Below are positions 1-7,922 of a DNA stretch of 58,110 nucleotides, in pieces; the stretch's first letter is position 1; the number at the start of each line of letters is the position of its first letter. The stretch is from Spirochaetales bacterium. Its GTDB lineage: Bacteria; Spirochaetota; Spirochaetia; Treponematales; UBA12059. The stretch covers positions 13,589 to 71,698 of the forward strand of contig DAIPLR010000001.1 of NCBI GenBank assembly GCA_036769135.1, written 5' to 3'. A model generated the notes under the pieces. It searched no databases. It was not told the DNA's origin and saw only the letters and a list, made by a program, of their open reading frames with translations. The position numbers and the translations under genes were made by a program.

Positions 1-706
1 TCGTAGCTAGTTCATCGGCGGCGGCCTCGAGCGACGGCCCGGCGGCCGCGATGGCCGCCCGGCGTATGGGCCCGACGGGGGGCGTGCCGCCGGCCGCGTA
101 GCGCAGGTTGCGCACGATATTGGCGAACCAGCGCTTGCCGAAGAAGGCTTGGACCGAATAGTCGTCCGAGATCGACTCGATAGTCGCCTTAATCACGCGG
201 GAGGCGCGTTGAAAGGACGGGGCCTCGGCGTTGACGCGCGAGGCCAGGGGCACGGTGGCTATGTCCCCGCCCAAGGCCGGCACGTAGCCGCCCATCAGGG
301 TCTCCCTAAGCTCGTCGTCGCTCGGGTCGACCAGCAGGGTCAGGCGGCGGTCGGCCAGCGCTTTGGTGAGGTCGACGCGCTCGAGCAGGGCGCGCAGGGT
401 CGAGGCCCGGTACTCCACCACGACGCCTGCGTAGACGCGGCCGCTGTCCAAAAGCTCGCGGACCAGGTAGCCGGCGCCCAGCCCGAGGAAGACGTAGAAG
501 CCCGACACGCGGTACTCGGCCGCCACGCGGCTCGCCTCGCGCCGCTGGTCGCGCCGCGAGTGCATGTACGCTCGTCGCCCTGCCTGGTCCAGGTAGGGCG
601 CGGGCTCGCCGCGTTCGTCGGCGTCTAGGCCGAGCCGCATATCGGGGGCGGCTTCTCTGATGCGGTCGGCGCTCCGGGCCGGGTGATGGCTGGCCACGGC
701 GAGCAT
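1..706 (-). CDS. DUF115/MptE-like (Maf-type putative glycosyltransferase) protein, N-terminal ~235 codons; C-terminus lies beyond the window edge
   Basis: Absent from the ORF track because it is open at nt 1. Hand translation of the minus strand from ATG 706..704 runs with no stop down to nt 1. GTG 724 and TTG 736 are also in frame, and an in-frame TAG lies at 760..758. The translation reads MLAVASHHPARSADRIREAAPDMRLGLDADERGEP...YRVSGFYVFLGLGAGYLVRELL...FFGKRWFANIVRNLRY...RRAAIAAAGPSLEAAADELAT. The layout (KRW/ERW-x-x-N motif, then GxGPSL/GPGL) matches the adjacent 533-aa ORF. Confidence 0.6.
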   Translation of the reverse strand, partial: MLAVASHHPARSADRIREAAPDMRLGLDADERGEPAPYLDQAGRRAYMHSRRDQRREASRVAAEYRVSGFYVFLGLGAGYLVRELLDSGRVYAGVVVEYRASTLRALLERVDLTKALADRRLTLLVDPSDDELRETLMGGYVPALGGDIATVPLASRVNAEAPSFQRASRVIKATIESISDDYSVQAFFGKRWFANIVRNLRYAAGGTPPVGPIRRAAIAAAGPSLEAAADELAT

Positions 707-728
707 ATTCCGTTCGAAGAGCACCGGG

Positions 729-2330
729 TCATGCAAAGAGGGCCTCCAGATAACGTTCTAGGCCGCGTCCGAGCGCGCGGTCGGCCGCCTCCGCCTCGGC
801 GGCGCCGAGCTCGCCGCGCGCCGCCTGGGCTACGGCGACGGCCGCCTCCCTCCCGCAGAGGGCCAGGAGCGCGACGACGTCGTCATGGGAGAAGGGCTCG
901 CGGGAGCCGTCGGGGCTCGGCGCCGCCGCCGAGGCGCGGGCGGCGAGCGCCTCGCCCAAACGCCGGCGTTCTTCGCGTAGCCAAGCCTCCAAGGCGAGCG
1001 CCCGTTCGCGGGGAGGGCGAAGGGGACCGCCTTCTACCAGGCGCGGTCCCGCGCCCTCCCGCGCGCAGCGCAGCAGGGCCGCGGCCTCTTCCCAGCCGAC
1101 GCGCGCGAGGCCGCAGTCGACGGGGCTGTCGCTTAAGCGGAGGCAGCGCGCCGCGTCGGCCGCGGAGGCGTAGCTATCCTGGGCGTAGGCTTTAAAGGCG
1201 CGCGAAAGCCGCCAGGCGCCCAGCCTTTCCGGATAGCGTTCGTAGGCTTGGGCGCCGAGCAGGGCTTCGCGCGGCGCGAGGCGCGAGACGGGCAGTAGGT
1301 CGACGGGATCGAGGGCGTAGGGGGCGGCGTGCGCCGCGAAGCCGCGCGCCGCCAGCTCCATGCCGAGCGCGATGACCGGGCCGTCGGTCGAGGGGAGAGC
1401 CAACGACAAGGCGCTGCCGAAGGCGGTGCCTGCTACGTTCGCCCCGGCGGCTCGGGCGCCGCAGGCGGCTAAGGCGGCCCGATCGAAGGGCGTACCGAGG
1501 TCAAGCGGGAGTACGTCTGCCGATTCAAGCGCGGCGGCCGGCGCGGCGGCGCTCGGAGGCAGGGCGAGGGGCAGGCCAACGGCGTAGGCGCGCCGTATAT
1601 GCAGGCGATTCCAGTGCCCGGGGTCGGTGGCGACGCAGAGCGCCGGAGCGAAGCCTCCCGCGACGCAGGCCTCCGCCCCCGACGCCAGGCACCAAAGCCG
1701 CCCTCCGGCGGCGCCGCTTAAGCCCGCCTCTTTAAGGCCTCGGAGCGCGGGTCCCAGGCCCGGTCCGGCGCCGGCTACGATGAGCGGGCCGGCGCCGCGG
1801 CGGAGAGCGAGGCGCCTACCTCCTCGCGTGCCTAAGGCGAGGGCGAAGCGCAGCGAATTTTTCAGCCAGCGTTCGGCCCAATAGGACCTGGTCGCCGCGG
1901 CGGCCGCGTTGCGCTCTAAAAAAGCCGCAGCGGCCAGGCGTATCGCCTGGGCTCCCTCCGGATAAGCCCGCATCGCGGGCGGCCACTCGATGACGGCCAC
2001 GCCGCCGGCCGCCTTTCCGTCTGAGGCGGCGTAATCGAGGATAGCATCGGCGTCGACGCCGCTTCCCGGCTCCCACGATAGATCGGGTCGGTCGACCATG
2101 GCGCCGCATAAGCCTGGAGCCGGCTGTAGGACGACGATCCTGACGCCGGGAATCGCGGAGCGGAGCGCCTTGCCCAGATAGTTATCGGCGGCGCCCAGGA
2201 TCAACGCGAGCGAGGGGCGGCGGTCGCCGAGGGCTTCTTTGAGGTATCGCTCCGCCTCGGCTTCGGGCGCGTAGCGCGAATGCAGGCGCGCTCGCGAGTC
2301 TCGGTCGGCGGCCGCTCGATCCGGAGGCAT
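729..2330 (-). CDS. DUF115/MptE-like (Maf-type putative glycosyltransferase) protein
   Basis: 533-aa ORF in track. It has SYWAERWLKNSLRF followed by PLIVAGAGPGLGPAL and CVATDPGHWNRLH, the pattern I associate with PF01973/DUF115 motility-accessory-factor proteins. It is a paralogue of the partial ORF at 1..706. Confidence 0.7.
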   Translation of the reverse strand: MPPDRAAADRDSRARLHSRYAPEAEAERYLKEALGDRRPSLALILGAADNYLGKALRSAIPGVRIVVLQPAPGLCGAMVDRPDLSWEPGSGVDADAILDYAASDGKAAGGVAVIEWPPAMRAYPEGAQAIRLAAAAFLERNAAAAATRSYWAERWLKNSLRFALALGTRGGRRLALRRGAGPLIVAGAGPGLGPALRGLKEAGLSGAAGGRLWCLASGAEACVAGGFAPALCVATDPGHWNRLHIRRAYAVGLPLALPPSAAAPAAALESADVLPLDLGTPFDRAALAACGARAAGANVAGTAFGSALSLALPSTDGPVIALGMELAARGFAAHAAPYALDPVDLLPVSRLAPREALLGAQAYERYPERLGAWRLSRAFKAYAQDSYASAADAARCLRLSDSPVDCGLARVGWEEAAALLRCAREGAGPRLVEGGPLRPPRERALALEAWLREERRRLGEALAARASAAAPSPDGSREPFSHDDVVALLALCGREAAVAVAQAARGELGAAEAEAADRALGRGLERYLEALFA

Positions 2331-2342
2331 GGCGCTCTCGCG

Positions 2343-3316
2343 TTAAAAGCCGACGGGGAGAAAAGCCTTGATCGCCTCGGCCGATTCGCGCTCCCGCAGG
2401 TCCACGGCGACGTGGCTTAAGGGCGCCGGCCCGTCCTCGAGGGCCAGGATACGGCGCATAGTGGAGGCCATTTGGCTAGCCAGGAGCTCGGCATCGGGCA
2501 TGCGCGGGCAGAACTGGGCAGCCACCACGCCGTAGCCGGGAGCGGCGCGGACGCAGCCGGTCTCTGCCAGGGCCTTGGCCATGAAGCGCAGGGCGTCGCG
2601 ATAAAAGGCCGTTTCGTCGACTAAGGGACAGGCCGCCGACCATTCGGCCACGACGGGATCTAGGTCGAGCGCGTAGACGGCGGCGTAAGGCGCGGACATG
2701 GACGCGTGCTCGGCGCGGAGCTCGGCGAAGAGGCTGCGTCCGATCAGTTCGACGGGAGGCTCCTCCGACAAGCGTTCGCGCCTGAAGGCGGCCGCCGCCG
2801 CCGCCCTGCCGTCGCCGGTTCTGGCCGAGGCCCTGCCTGGGCAACCGGCGAGTATGAGCTCGGGCATGGCGAGCGCCGTGAGGCGAACCGACGACGACGA
2901 GATTTCGCCCAAGAAGCGCCTGGGCTCGGCCTCCCCGCCGTCCTTAAAGGGTGAGAGGAGAAGTTCCTTGGGCAAGATAGCCGGGGCCTCTACGGGGCCT
3001 GAGGGGGACAAAGCCGCCACGAGGCGGAATTCACCGTCTATAAGCTCGTAAAGCGCGGCAAAATCGTCGCCCAGCTCCCGCACGGAGCACTGGGCGAGGG
3101 CATAAGGATAGAGTATGGGGCTGCGTACTTCGCTCAGGTATTCATCGAGCGAGAGGGTAGGGAGGCTCGCGCCGATTTTCTGCTCGTCGCCGGGCGCGCC
3201 GCCGCCTTTAGATGCGGCGGGCGCGTCGCTAGCTAAGGCTTTTTTTTTTGGCTTAACGCCAGGAGGCCGCCGCCCTGCGGCTGGCGGCTTTGCGAGGCTT
3301 TATCCAAGAGGCCCAT
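2343..3316 (-). CDS. hypothetical protein; intact only if a -1 frame change occurs in the A10 tract (unshifted ORF from the first canonical start is 2343..3083, 246 aa)
   Basis: The frame of the 246-aa track ORF stays open upstream to 3299 for 72 more codons. These read as protein (..LSLDEYLSEVRSPILYPYALAQCS-VRELGDD..) but contain no ATG/GTG/TTG. An ATG at 3316, placed TGAtATG after the upstream stop, opens the other frame. That frame dies at TAG 3235..3233, just after the A10 run. Confidence 0.5.
3240..3249 (-). repeat. homopolymer: T10 on the + strand = A10 on the coding (minus) strand
   Basis: Read directly (aaggc-T10-ggctt). The + frame track ORF 3115..3354 translates AKAFFFGL across it, which fixes the count at ten. 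Confidence 0.97.
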
Positions 3317-3317
3317 A

Positions 3318-5789
3318 TCAGAGCAACCCCAGTTCGTCGAACAGCTTCTTATAGGTGTCGTAATACTCGGACGCGGCGAATTCTTCGATCTTCTCCTCCG
3401 GCAGGGAGGCCAAAAGCTGATCGAGGTAGAGGAGCACCGACTTGACGTCGCTCTTCAGCTTATCCTGCCCGGCTACGGGCGGCGGGGGAGCCGAAGGCGC
3501 AGGCTGGGGAGCTTTGTAGTCGGCCTCAGGTTCCGGCTCGGGCGAGCCGAAGGACGGCATCTTAATATCGTCGGGCGAGGACAGATCGAAGACGCGCTCG
3601 GCTTCCTCCGGCTCGACGACGGCGTCCGATCCGACGAACAAGGATTCGTCGAGCGAGCTACCCAGCTCGTCGGGGTGCAGTTCGACCGGTTTCGACGGGC
3701 TTACTACCGCGTCGTCGATAGCGTCCAAGTCGCCGAACTCGGGGCTCGGCTCGGCGAGCTCCTCGATCTCCTCGAGCTCCATCAGCTCGCCCTCGGCGTC
3801 GTCGAAAGCGCTAGAAAGTTCGTCGCCTTCGCCTTCGGCGTGAAGCTCGATGTCGAATTCGGCTTCCTCGGCGGGCAGATCCTCGAGCTCGGCCAGGCTT
3901 TCGTCCTCTTCCAAGATCTCGGCGCCTAGATCGTCCAAGGCGAGCTCCGTCTCGTCGGAGCCTTCGAGGGAGAGGACGAGCTCGTCGTCCTCGGGCAGAT
4001 CGAGCGAGAGCTCATCGGCCTCCTCGTCGGGAAGCTCGAGATCGAGCGCGGCCTCGTCGCCCTCTTCGAGGGCCAGTTCGTCGTCGGCCTCGACGATAAG
4101 CTCTTCGGCGGCTTCCGGAGGGGCCTCGGCGTCGACCAGCAGCTCTTCCTCGGCGGGCTCTACGAGCGGAGGCTCGCTCAGCTCCTCGCTGAAGGCCGAT
4201 AGGTCGTCGTCGCCTTCGAGGTAGCTCGTATCGTCTTCGATGACGGTCAACGGGGCGATCTCGATATCCTCGGGAAGCTCGGACAATAGATCATCGGCCG
4301 GGGCGGCTTCTTCGGCCGCTTCGCCGAGCTCATCGAGGCCGAAGCTCTCTATGCCGAGCTCCTCGGCGGCGGGTTCCGAAAGCGGCGCCGCGGCGGCGTA
4401 CTCGCCGTCCTCGGGTAGCAGATCCAAGCCCGCCAGGTCAGTCTCGACGCCGGCCGGCGCCTCCTCGGGCTGGGCTTCCTCGGTAAAATCGGCGGTGTTC
4501 AGGATATTGTCCAGCTCGTCGCCGGTCAGGGCTATGGTATCGTCTTCTTCCTCGTCGAAGAAACCGCCGGGAGCCTCCTCGCCTTCTTCCTCGCCTTCAG
4601 GGCCCTCGGCTTCGGGCGCGGCTTGGGCGGCTTTAAGGGTGACCAGCTGGCTGCGCAGCGAGACGAGCTCGCCCTTGATGGCGGCCAGCTCGCCGGCGAT
4701 GGCCTTCAAGAGCTCGGCGCTCGCCCCTTCGTCCTTCGCCGCATGCGCCTGGCCTAGCTCGCGCTCCACGGCCGAGACGTCGTCGAAGCGTATGGATTCC
4801 TCGCCGAGCTCGGGCATGATGCCCTCGGAGCCCGCGTCCTCGTCGATGAACGAGTCGAGCGAGTTACCGCCGCGTACGGACGGGCGCGGAGACGGTTCGG
4901 CCGGGGGCTCGGCGGCGCTCGGCTCGAGGCTCATGGACTCGAAGTCGGCGGTGACGTCCTCCATGGCCAGCTCGGGGCCGGGAAGGGGCTCGCCGCCTAT
5001 GTCGGCTATATCGTCGAGCGAGAAGGTGCTTTCCTCCGCCTCGACCGCGCTCGGAATCGTGTCGTCGAAATGCAGGTCCAAGTCGAGGTTCTCGAAATCT
5101 TCGGCGCCGTCTTGCGTCTCGGGCGCGGCGACGGCCTCGTCCTCCAGGCCGAACTCGCTTAAGTCGACGGTCTCCGGTTCCGCGCCGCCGGCCGAGGCCG
5201 GGGCGGCTCGGGACTCTTCCGCCGCGGGCTCGTCCATGTCGAAGCCGAAGTCTTCGAGGCTGAGCTCGGTCGTCTCGAACGCGTCGCCGGCGGGCTGGGC
5301 GGCGCTCGCCGTCGCTCCGGCTACCGGCCGGCTGCCTTCCGCCTCATCCGAGGCTTCGAAGCCGTCGAGCTCGTCGAGCGGCAGCTCGATGACGCCGTCC
5401 TCGACGATGCCTTCGTCCAGATCGGTCTCGAGCGAGTCGAAGGAGCCGTCGCTTTCAAGGGTTTCTATCTCGAGTATGTCCGCATCGAAGCTCGCGTCCA
5501 AAGAGGGCCCGCCTTCCGGGGCGGGGCCTTCCTCGATGAGGAGATCGTCTTCGGGCGGGCTTAGGCTCGGCTCCTCGTCGAGCTCGGGGATATCGAATGA
5601 GAAAGGCTCGTCGTCGGCGGAGCCCGCGGCGGCTTCGGATATATCGGCGGCGTCGAGGAACTCGTGGGCGACCTCCGGCTCCTCGACGATCTCCTGGGGC
5701 TCGGCCTTGACCCAGACGCCGTACTTCTCAAGTTCGCTGTCGGCGGCTGGCTGCGGCACGTCGTTCCCTCGCTCTTTGTTAGTCTGCAT
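3318..5789 (-). CDS. hyper-acidic (Glu/Asp/Ala/Leu/Ser-rich) low-complexity protein with a short coiled coil and a non-acidic C-terminal ~55 aa; function unknown
   Basis: The track ORF (847 aa) begins at TTG 5861. I prefer ATG 5789 (MQTNKERGND), which has GGAG about 10 nt upstream. No signal peptide or TM segment is visible. Landmarks are EKYGVWVKAEP near the N-terminus, ELLKAIAGELAAIKGELVSLRSQLVTLKAAQ centrally, and KSVLLYLDQLLASLPEEKIEEFAASEYYDTYKKLFDELGLL at the C-terminus. Confidence 0.8.
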   Translation of the reverse strand: MQTNKERGNDVPQPAADSELEKYGVWVKAEPQEIVEEPEVAHEFLDAADISEAAAGSADDEPFSFDIPELDEEPSLSPPEDDLLIEEGPAPEGGPSLDASFDADILEIETLESDGSFDSLETDLDEGIVEDGVIELPLDELDGFEASDEAEGSRPVAGATASAAQPAGDAFETTELSLEDFGFDMDEPAAEESRAAPASAGGAEPETVDLSEFGLEDEAVAAPETQDGAEDFENLDLDLHFDDTIPSAVEAEESTFSLDDIADIGGEPLPGPELAMEDVTADFESMSLEPSAAEPPAEPSPRPSVRGGNSLDSFIDEDAGSEGIMPELGEESIRFDDVSAVERELGQAHAAKDEGASAELLKAIAGELAAIKGELVSLRSQLVTLKAAQAAPEAEGPEGEEEGEEAPGGFFDEEEDDTIALTGDELDNILNTADFTEEAQPEEAPAGVETDLAGLDLLPEDGEYAAAAPLSEPAAEELGIESFGLDELGEAAEEAAPADDLLSELPEDIEIAPLTVIEDDTSYLEGDDDLSAFSEELSEPPLVEPAEEELLVDAEAPPEAAEELIVEADDELALEEGDEAALDLELPDEEADELSLDLPEDDELVLSLEGSDETELALDDLGAEILEEDESLAELEDLPAEEAEFDIELHAEGEGDELSSAFDDAEGELMELEEIEELAEPSPEFGDLDAIDDAVVSPSKPVELHPDELGSSLDESLFVGSDAVVEPEEAERVFDLSSPDDIKMPSFGSPEPEPEADYKAPQPAPSAPPPPVAGQDKLKSDVKSVLLYLDQLLASLPEEKIEEFAASEYYDTYKKLFDELGLL

Positions 5790-5849
5790 AGCCTGCGTGC
5801 TCCGTAGACGGGATGGTTCTTGCTTGAGTATCGGCAGGAACCGTTGCGA

Positions 5850-5879
5850 ATAATAGCGCAAGACTGTTTAACACTGTAA
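5850..5879 (-). promoter_or_regulatory. possible sigma70-type promoter TTACAG-N18-TATTAT for the acidic-protein operon
   Basis: The minus strand reads TTACAG (5879..5874), an 18-nt spacer, then TATTAT (5855..5850). This is about 60 nt upstream of ATG 5789. Motif match only. Confidence 0.3.
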
Positions 5880-5965
5880 TAGCGCGGGTATGCGTTGTCA
5901 ACAATCGGCTCGTCCCGCGTGAAACCCCGCTCAAGGCGCGGCGAACTAAGCCGTTATATAAAGGG

Positions 5966-6490
5966 ATGAAACGCATATCGTTGACCGCGGCGTGGCTGTG
6001 CATCTGCCTTTACGCCGTCTTAAGCGCGGCCCTGGGGCCGCGCGGCTTCTTGGCGACTCGGGAAGCGCTCCGTCAGGCCGAGGCCATGCGGGCCAGGGTA
6101 GGCGAGCTGCGGACGCGCTACGAGCAGCTCGAGGCCGAATGGCGTTCCCTGCGCGAAGATCCCGAGCGCATCGCCGTCGAAGGGCGCTCCTTAGGCTACC
6201 TGGCCGGAGACGAGGTAGCCCTGCGCCTAAGGCCTCGGCGTTCGGCGTCGGTCGAGCCGCGCGGACCGGGCGAGATGATCGCGTTCGAAGCGCCCGCGGC
6301 GCTCGGCGACCGCGAGGCGAAAGCGTATGCCTTATCCGGCGGCCTGATCGCGGCGGCGGCCTACGCGCTCGCCGCGGCACTACGAAGGGCTAAGCTTGGC
6401 CGCGGGCGGGAGGGCTCGGAGCCGCCGCGCAAGCTCGAACGCGAGGCGGAAACGCCGGCGCGGGCGGCGCCCGTCGCGCTCTTCGGCTGA
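5966..6490 (+). CDS. septum formation initiator family protein (FtsB/DivIC-like)
   Basis: 174-aa ORF. It has an N-terminal TM helix (LTAAWLCICLYAVLSAAL), a coiled coil (REALRQAEAMRARVGELRTRYEQLEAEWRSL), then DPERIAVEGRSLGYLAGDEVALRL. This is the canonical FtsB/DivIC layout. Confidence 0.75.
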   Translation: MKRISLTAAWLCICLYAVLSAALGPRGFLATREALRQAEAMRARVGELRTRYEQLEAEWRSLREDPERIAVEGRSLGYLAGDEVALRLRPRRSASVEPRGPGEMIAFEAPAALGDREAKAYALSGGLIAAAAYALAAALRRAKLGRGREGSEPPRKLEREAETPARAAPVALFG

Positions 6491-6541
6491 TCGGCCTCAG
6501 GCGGGCCGCCGACGTGCCGCTAGGCTCGCCGCTTAGCTTCC

Positions 6542-7456
6542 CTAGCGCAACCTATCCCAGCGGGCCTCGCGCCGGTACTCGTTGTCGACCTCGGCGGAGA
6601 CGCCGTCGTAGGCTACCGATTCCTTTATGCCGAAGAGCGCGGAGCCGTCGGCGCTGAGAGAGAAGGCCCAACGCATGGGCCGGGCCCGCGAGGCGATGAA
6701 GCGCGCGGTCTCGAAGCCCCATTGCGCGCTGCGGTACATGGCCGGGTCGTTCGGCTGATCCTGCATGACTTCAACCAAGTCGCCCTCTATGCGGACCCGG
6801 AGCCGGAGCGTCCCGCCGCCGGCGAGCACGGCCAGGCCGGTCCCGTTGGGGTAGAGCCGGACCGTCTCCAAGCCTTTGTCGCCCCGCCAGCTACCGGCGA
6901 CCATCGCGAGGCTCGGGCGGCTCCGGATGGGCGGCGCCTCTTCGACGACCGGCGCGGCCGGCGCGGCCGGCGCGGCGCCCAGCTGTTCGGCGCCTACGAG
7001 CCTCTGCGTCAGGGCCCGGGAGGCCATGGCTATCTCGTTGGCGCCGGCGCCGGTCTCGCTCATGACGATGCGGGCGCCGTCGCGCACCCTGGTCATGGAG
7101 AGGCTCAGGACCAAGAGCTCGCCGACGCGCTCGACGCTGCCCGAGAGGATGAAGTCGGCGGCCAAGGGAAGCGCGCCCGTTTGGGCGCCCAAGGCGAGCG
7201 CCAGCTCTGCTTCCTCCAAGGCGGCTCCGCGGCTTTGCTCGTCCACGAGCCTGAAGGATCCCTGCTCGGAGAGGTACGAGCTGATCAGGCGCTCTAAAGC
7301 CCGCAATTCCGAGGGCTCGAGCGCCTGTCCCGTGAGGCCGTCGACCCGTACCACCGGCAAGCGGGGCGCTTGCGCCGGGGCTTGCTGGGCGGGTAGCGGC
7401 GCGGCGGAGGCTAAAAACAGGGCGGCCGCGGCGGCCAAGGCGCTCCGCGCGATCAA
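6542..7456 (-). CDS. secreted protein with an LpoB/CsgG-like N-terminal domain (inferred); function unknown
   Basis: 304-aa ORF with a signal peptide (MIARSALAAAAALFLASAAPLPAQQ). The TTG start overlaps the upstream stop (TTGA). The segment VVRVDGLTGQALEPSELRALERLISSYLSEQGSFRLVDEQ...ADFILSGSVERVGELLVLSLSMTRVRDGARIVMS resembles the LpoB-type pattern as I recall it. Confidence 0.7.
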   Translation of the reverse strand: MIARSALAAAAALFLASAAPLPAQQAPAQAPRLPVVRVDGLTGQALEPSELRALERLISSYLSEQGSFRLVDEQSRGAALEEAELALALGAQTGALPLAADFILSGSVERVGELLVLSLSMTRVRDGARIVMSETGAGANEIAMASRALTQRLVGAEQLGAAPAAPAAPVVEEAPPIRSRPSLAMVAGSWRGDKGLETVRLYPNGTGLAVLAGGGTLRLRVRIEGDLVEVMQDQPNDPAMYRSAQWGFETARFIASRARPMRWAFSLSADGSALFGIKESVAYDGVSAEVDNEYRREARWDRLR

Positions 7457-7881
7457 TCCGAGGCTCCGAACAGCCGGCCGAAGAAGCGCGCTATGGCGTT
7501 CCAGATGCGGCGGAAGAATCCCGGATTCTTAAGGCGCTCGAGGCGGCTGACGGCCTCGTCGATTTCGTCGCGAGTGAGCTGCGAGCGGTACATATTCTCG
7601 TCCAGCTCTAGCTCCAGGAGCTGGGCCTTGTCCCGGCTTTCTAGGATGATGGCCTCTACGCTCGTCCAGCCTAGGCGTCGGGCCGCTTCGAGCCGACGGC
7701 GGCCTGATACCAGCACCATGCGCTTGGTGAGCACGAGGGGGTGCAGTTGGCCGAAGCGCGACATGCTATCGGCGAGGCCTTCGATATCGCCGAGCTCCCT
7801 GCGCACGCGGCGCTTCAGCTTTATCTTAGCTATGTCGACCTGCACCTGCGCCTCCGAAGATCGTGCTTGGCGCGCCGGCAT
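7453..7881 (-). CDS. small ParB/Srx N-terminal-domain protein without an HTH domain, ending in an amphipathic tail
   Basis: 142-aa ORF. IAKIKLKRRVRRELGDIEGLADSMSRFGQLHPLVL...VSGRRRLEAARRLGW matches the ParB N-terminal domain, including the GxRRxxAA arginine patch. The C-terminus is NPGFFRRIWNAIARFFGRLFG. Confidence 0.8.
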   Translation of the reverse strand: MPARQARSSEAQVQVDIAKIKLKRRVRRELGDIEGLADSMSRFGQLHPLVLTKRMVLVSGRRRLEAARRLGWTSVEAIILESRDKAQLLELELDENMYRSQLTRDEIDEAVSRLERLKNPGFFRRIWNAIARFFGRLFGASD

Positions 7882-7922
7882 CGGCGCTTACGCCTAAACC
7901 AATGGTAGCGCCGCGGGAGCGC

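Noticed and set aside
149-1195. Plus-strand ORFs 149..628 and 683..1195 (Arg/Pro/Gly-rich), and similar ORFs throughout the window (for example 31864..33363 at 499 aa, 12269..13276, 19585..20643, 30926..32146).
   Set aside because: Each overlaps a well-supported gene in another frame or on the other strand. They have Arg/Pro/Gly/Ala-biased composition and no motifs. These are the expected spurious ORFs of high-GC DNA.
5829-5835. GCCGATA (minus strand), a perfect sigma28 (FliA) -10 element about 40 nt upstream of the acidic-protein ATG. This was attractive because of the possible motility or glycosylation link.
   Set aside because: No TAAA-type -35 element lies at the required 15-16 nt spacing; ATTA or TATT is there instead. 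A 7-mer alone is not evidence.
3675-5853. Long plus-strand ORFs opposite the acidic-protein gene, including a 537-aa Ser-rich ORF (4240..5853) and a 124-aa Ser-rich ORF (3850..4224).
   Set aside because: They are mirror images of GAG/GAC/GCC-rich codons on the coding strand. They are pure low complexity, with no start context or recognisable domains. The minus-strand gene has ordered termini and fits an operon.
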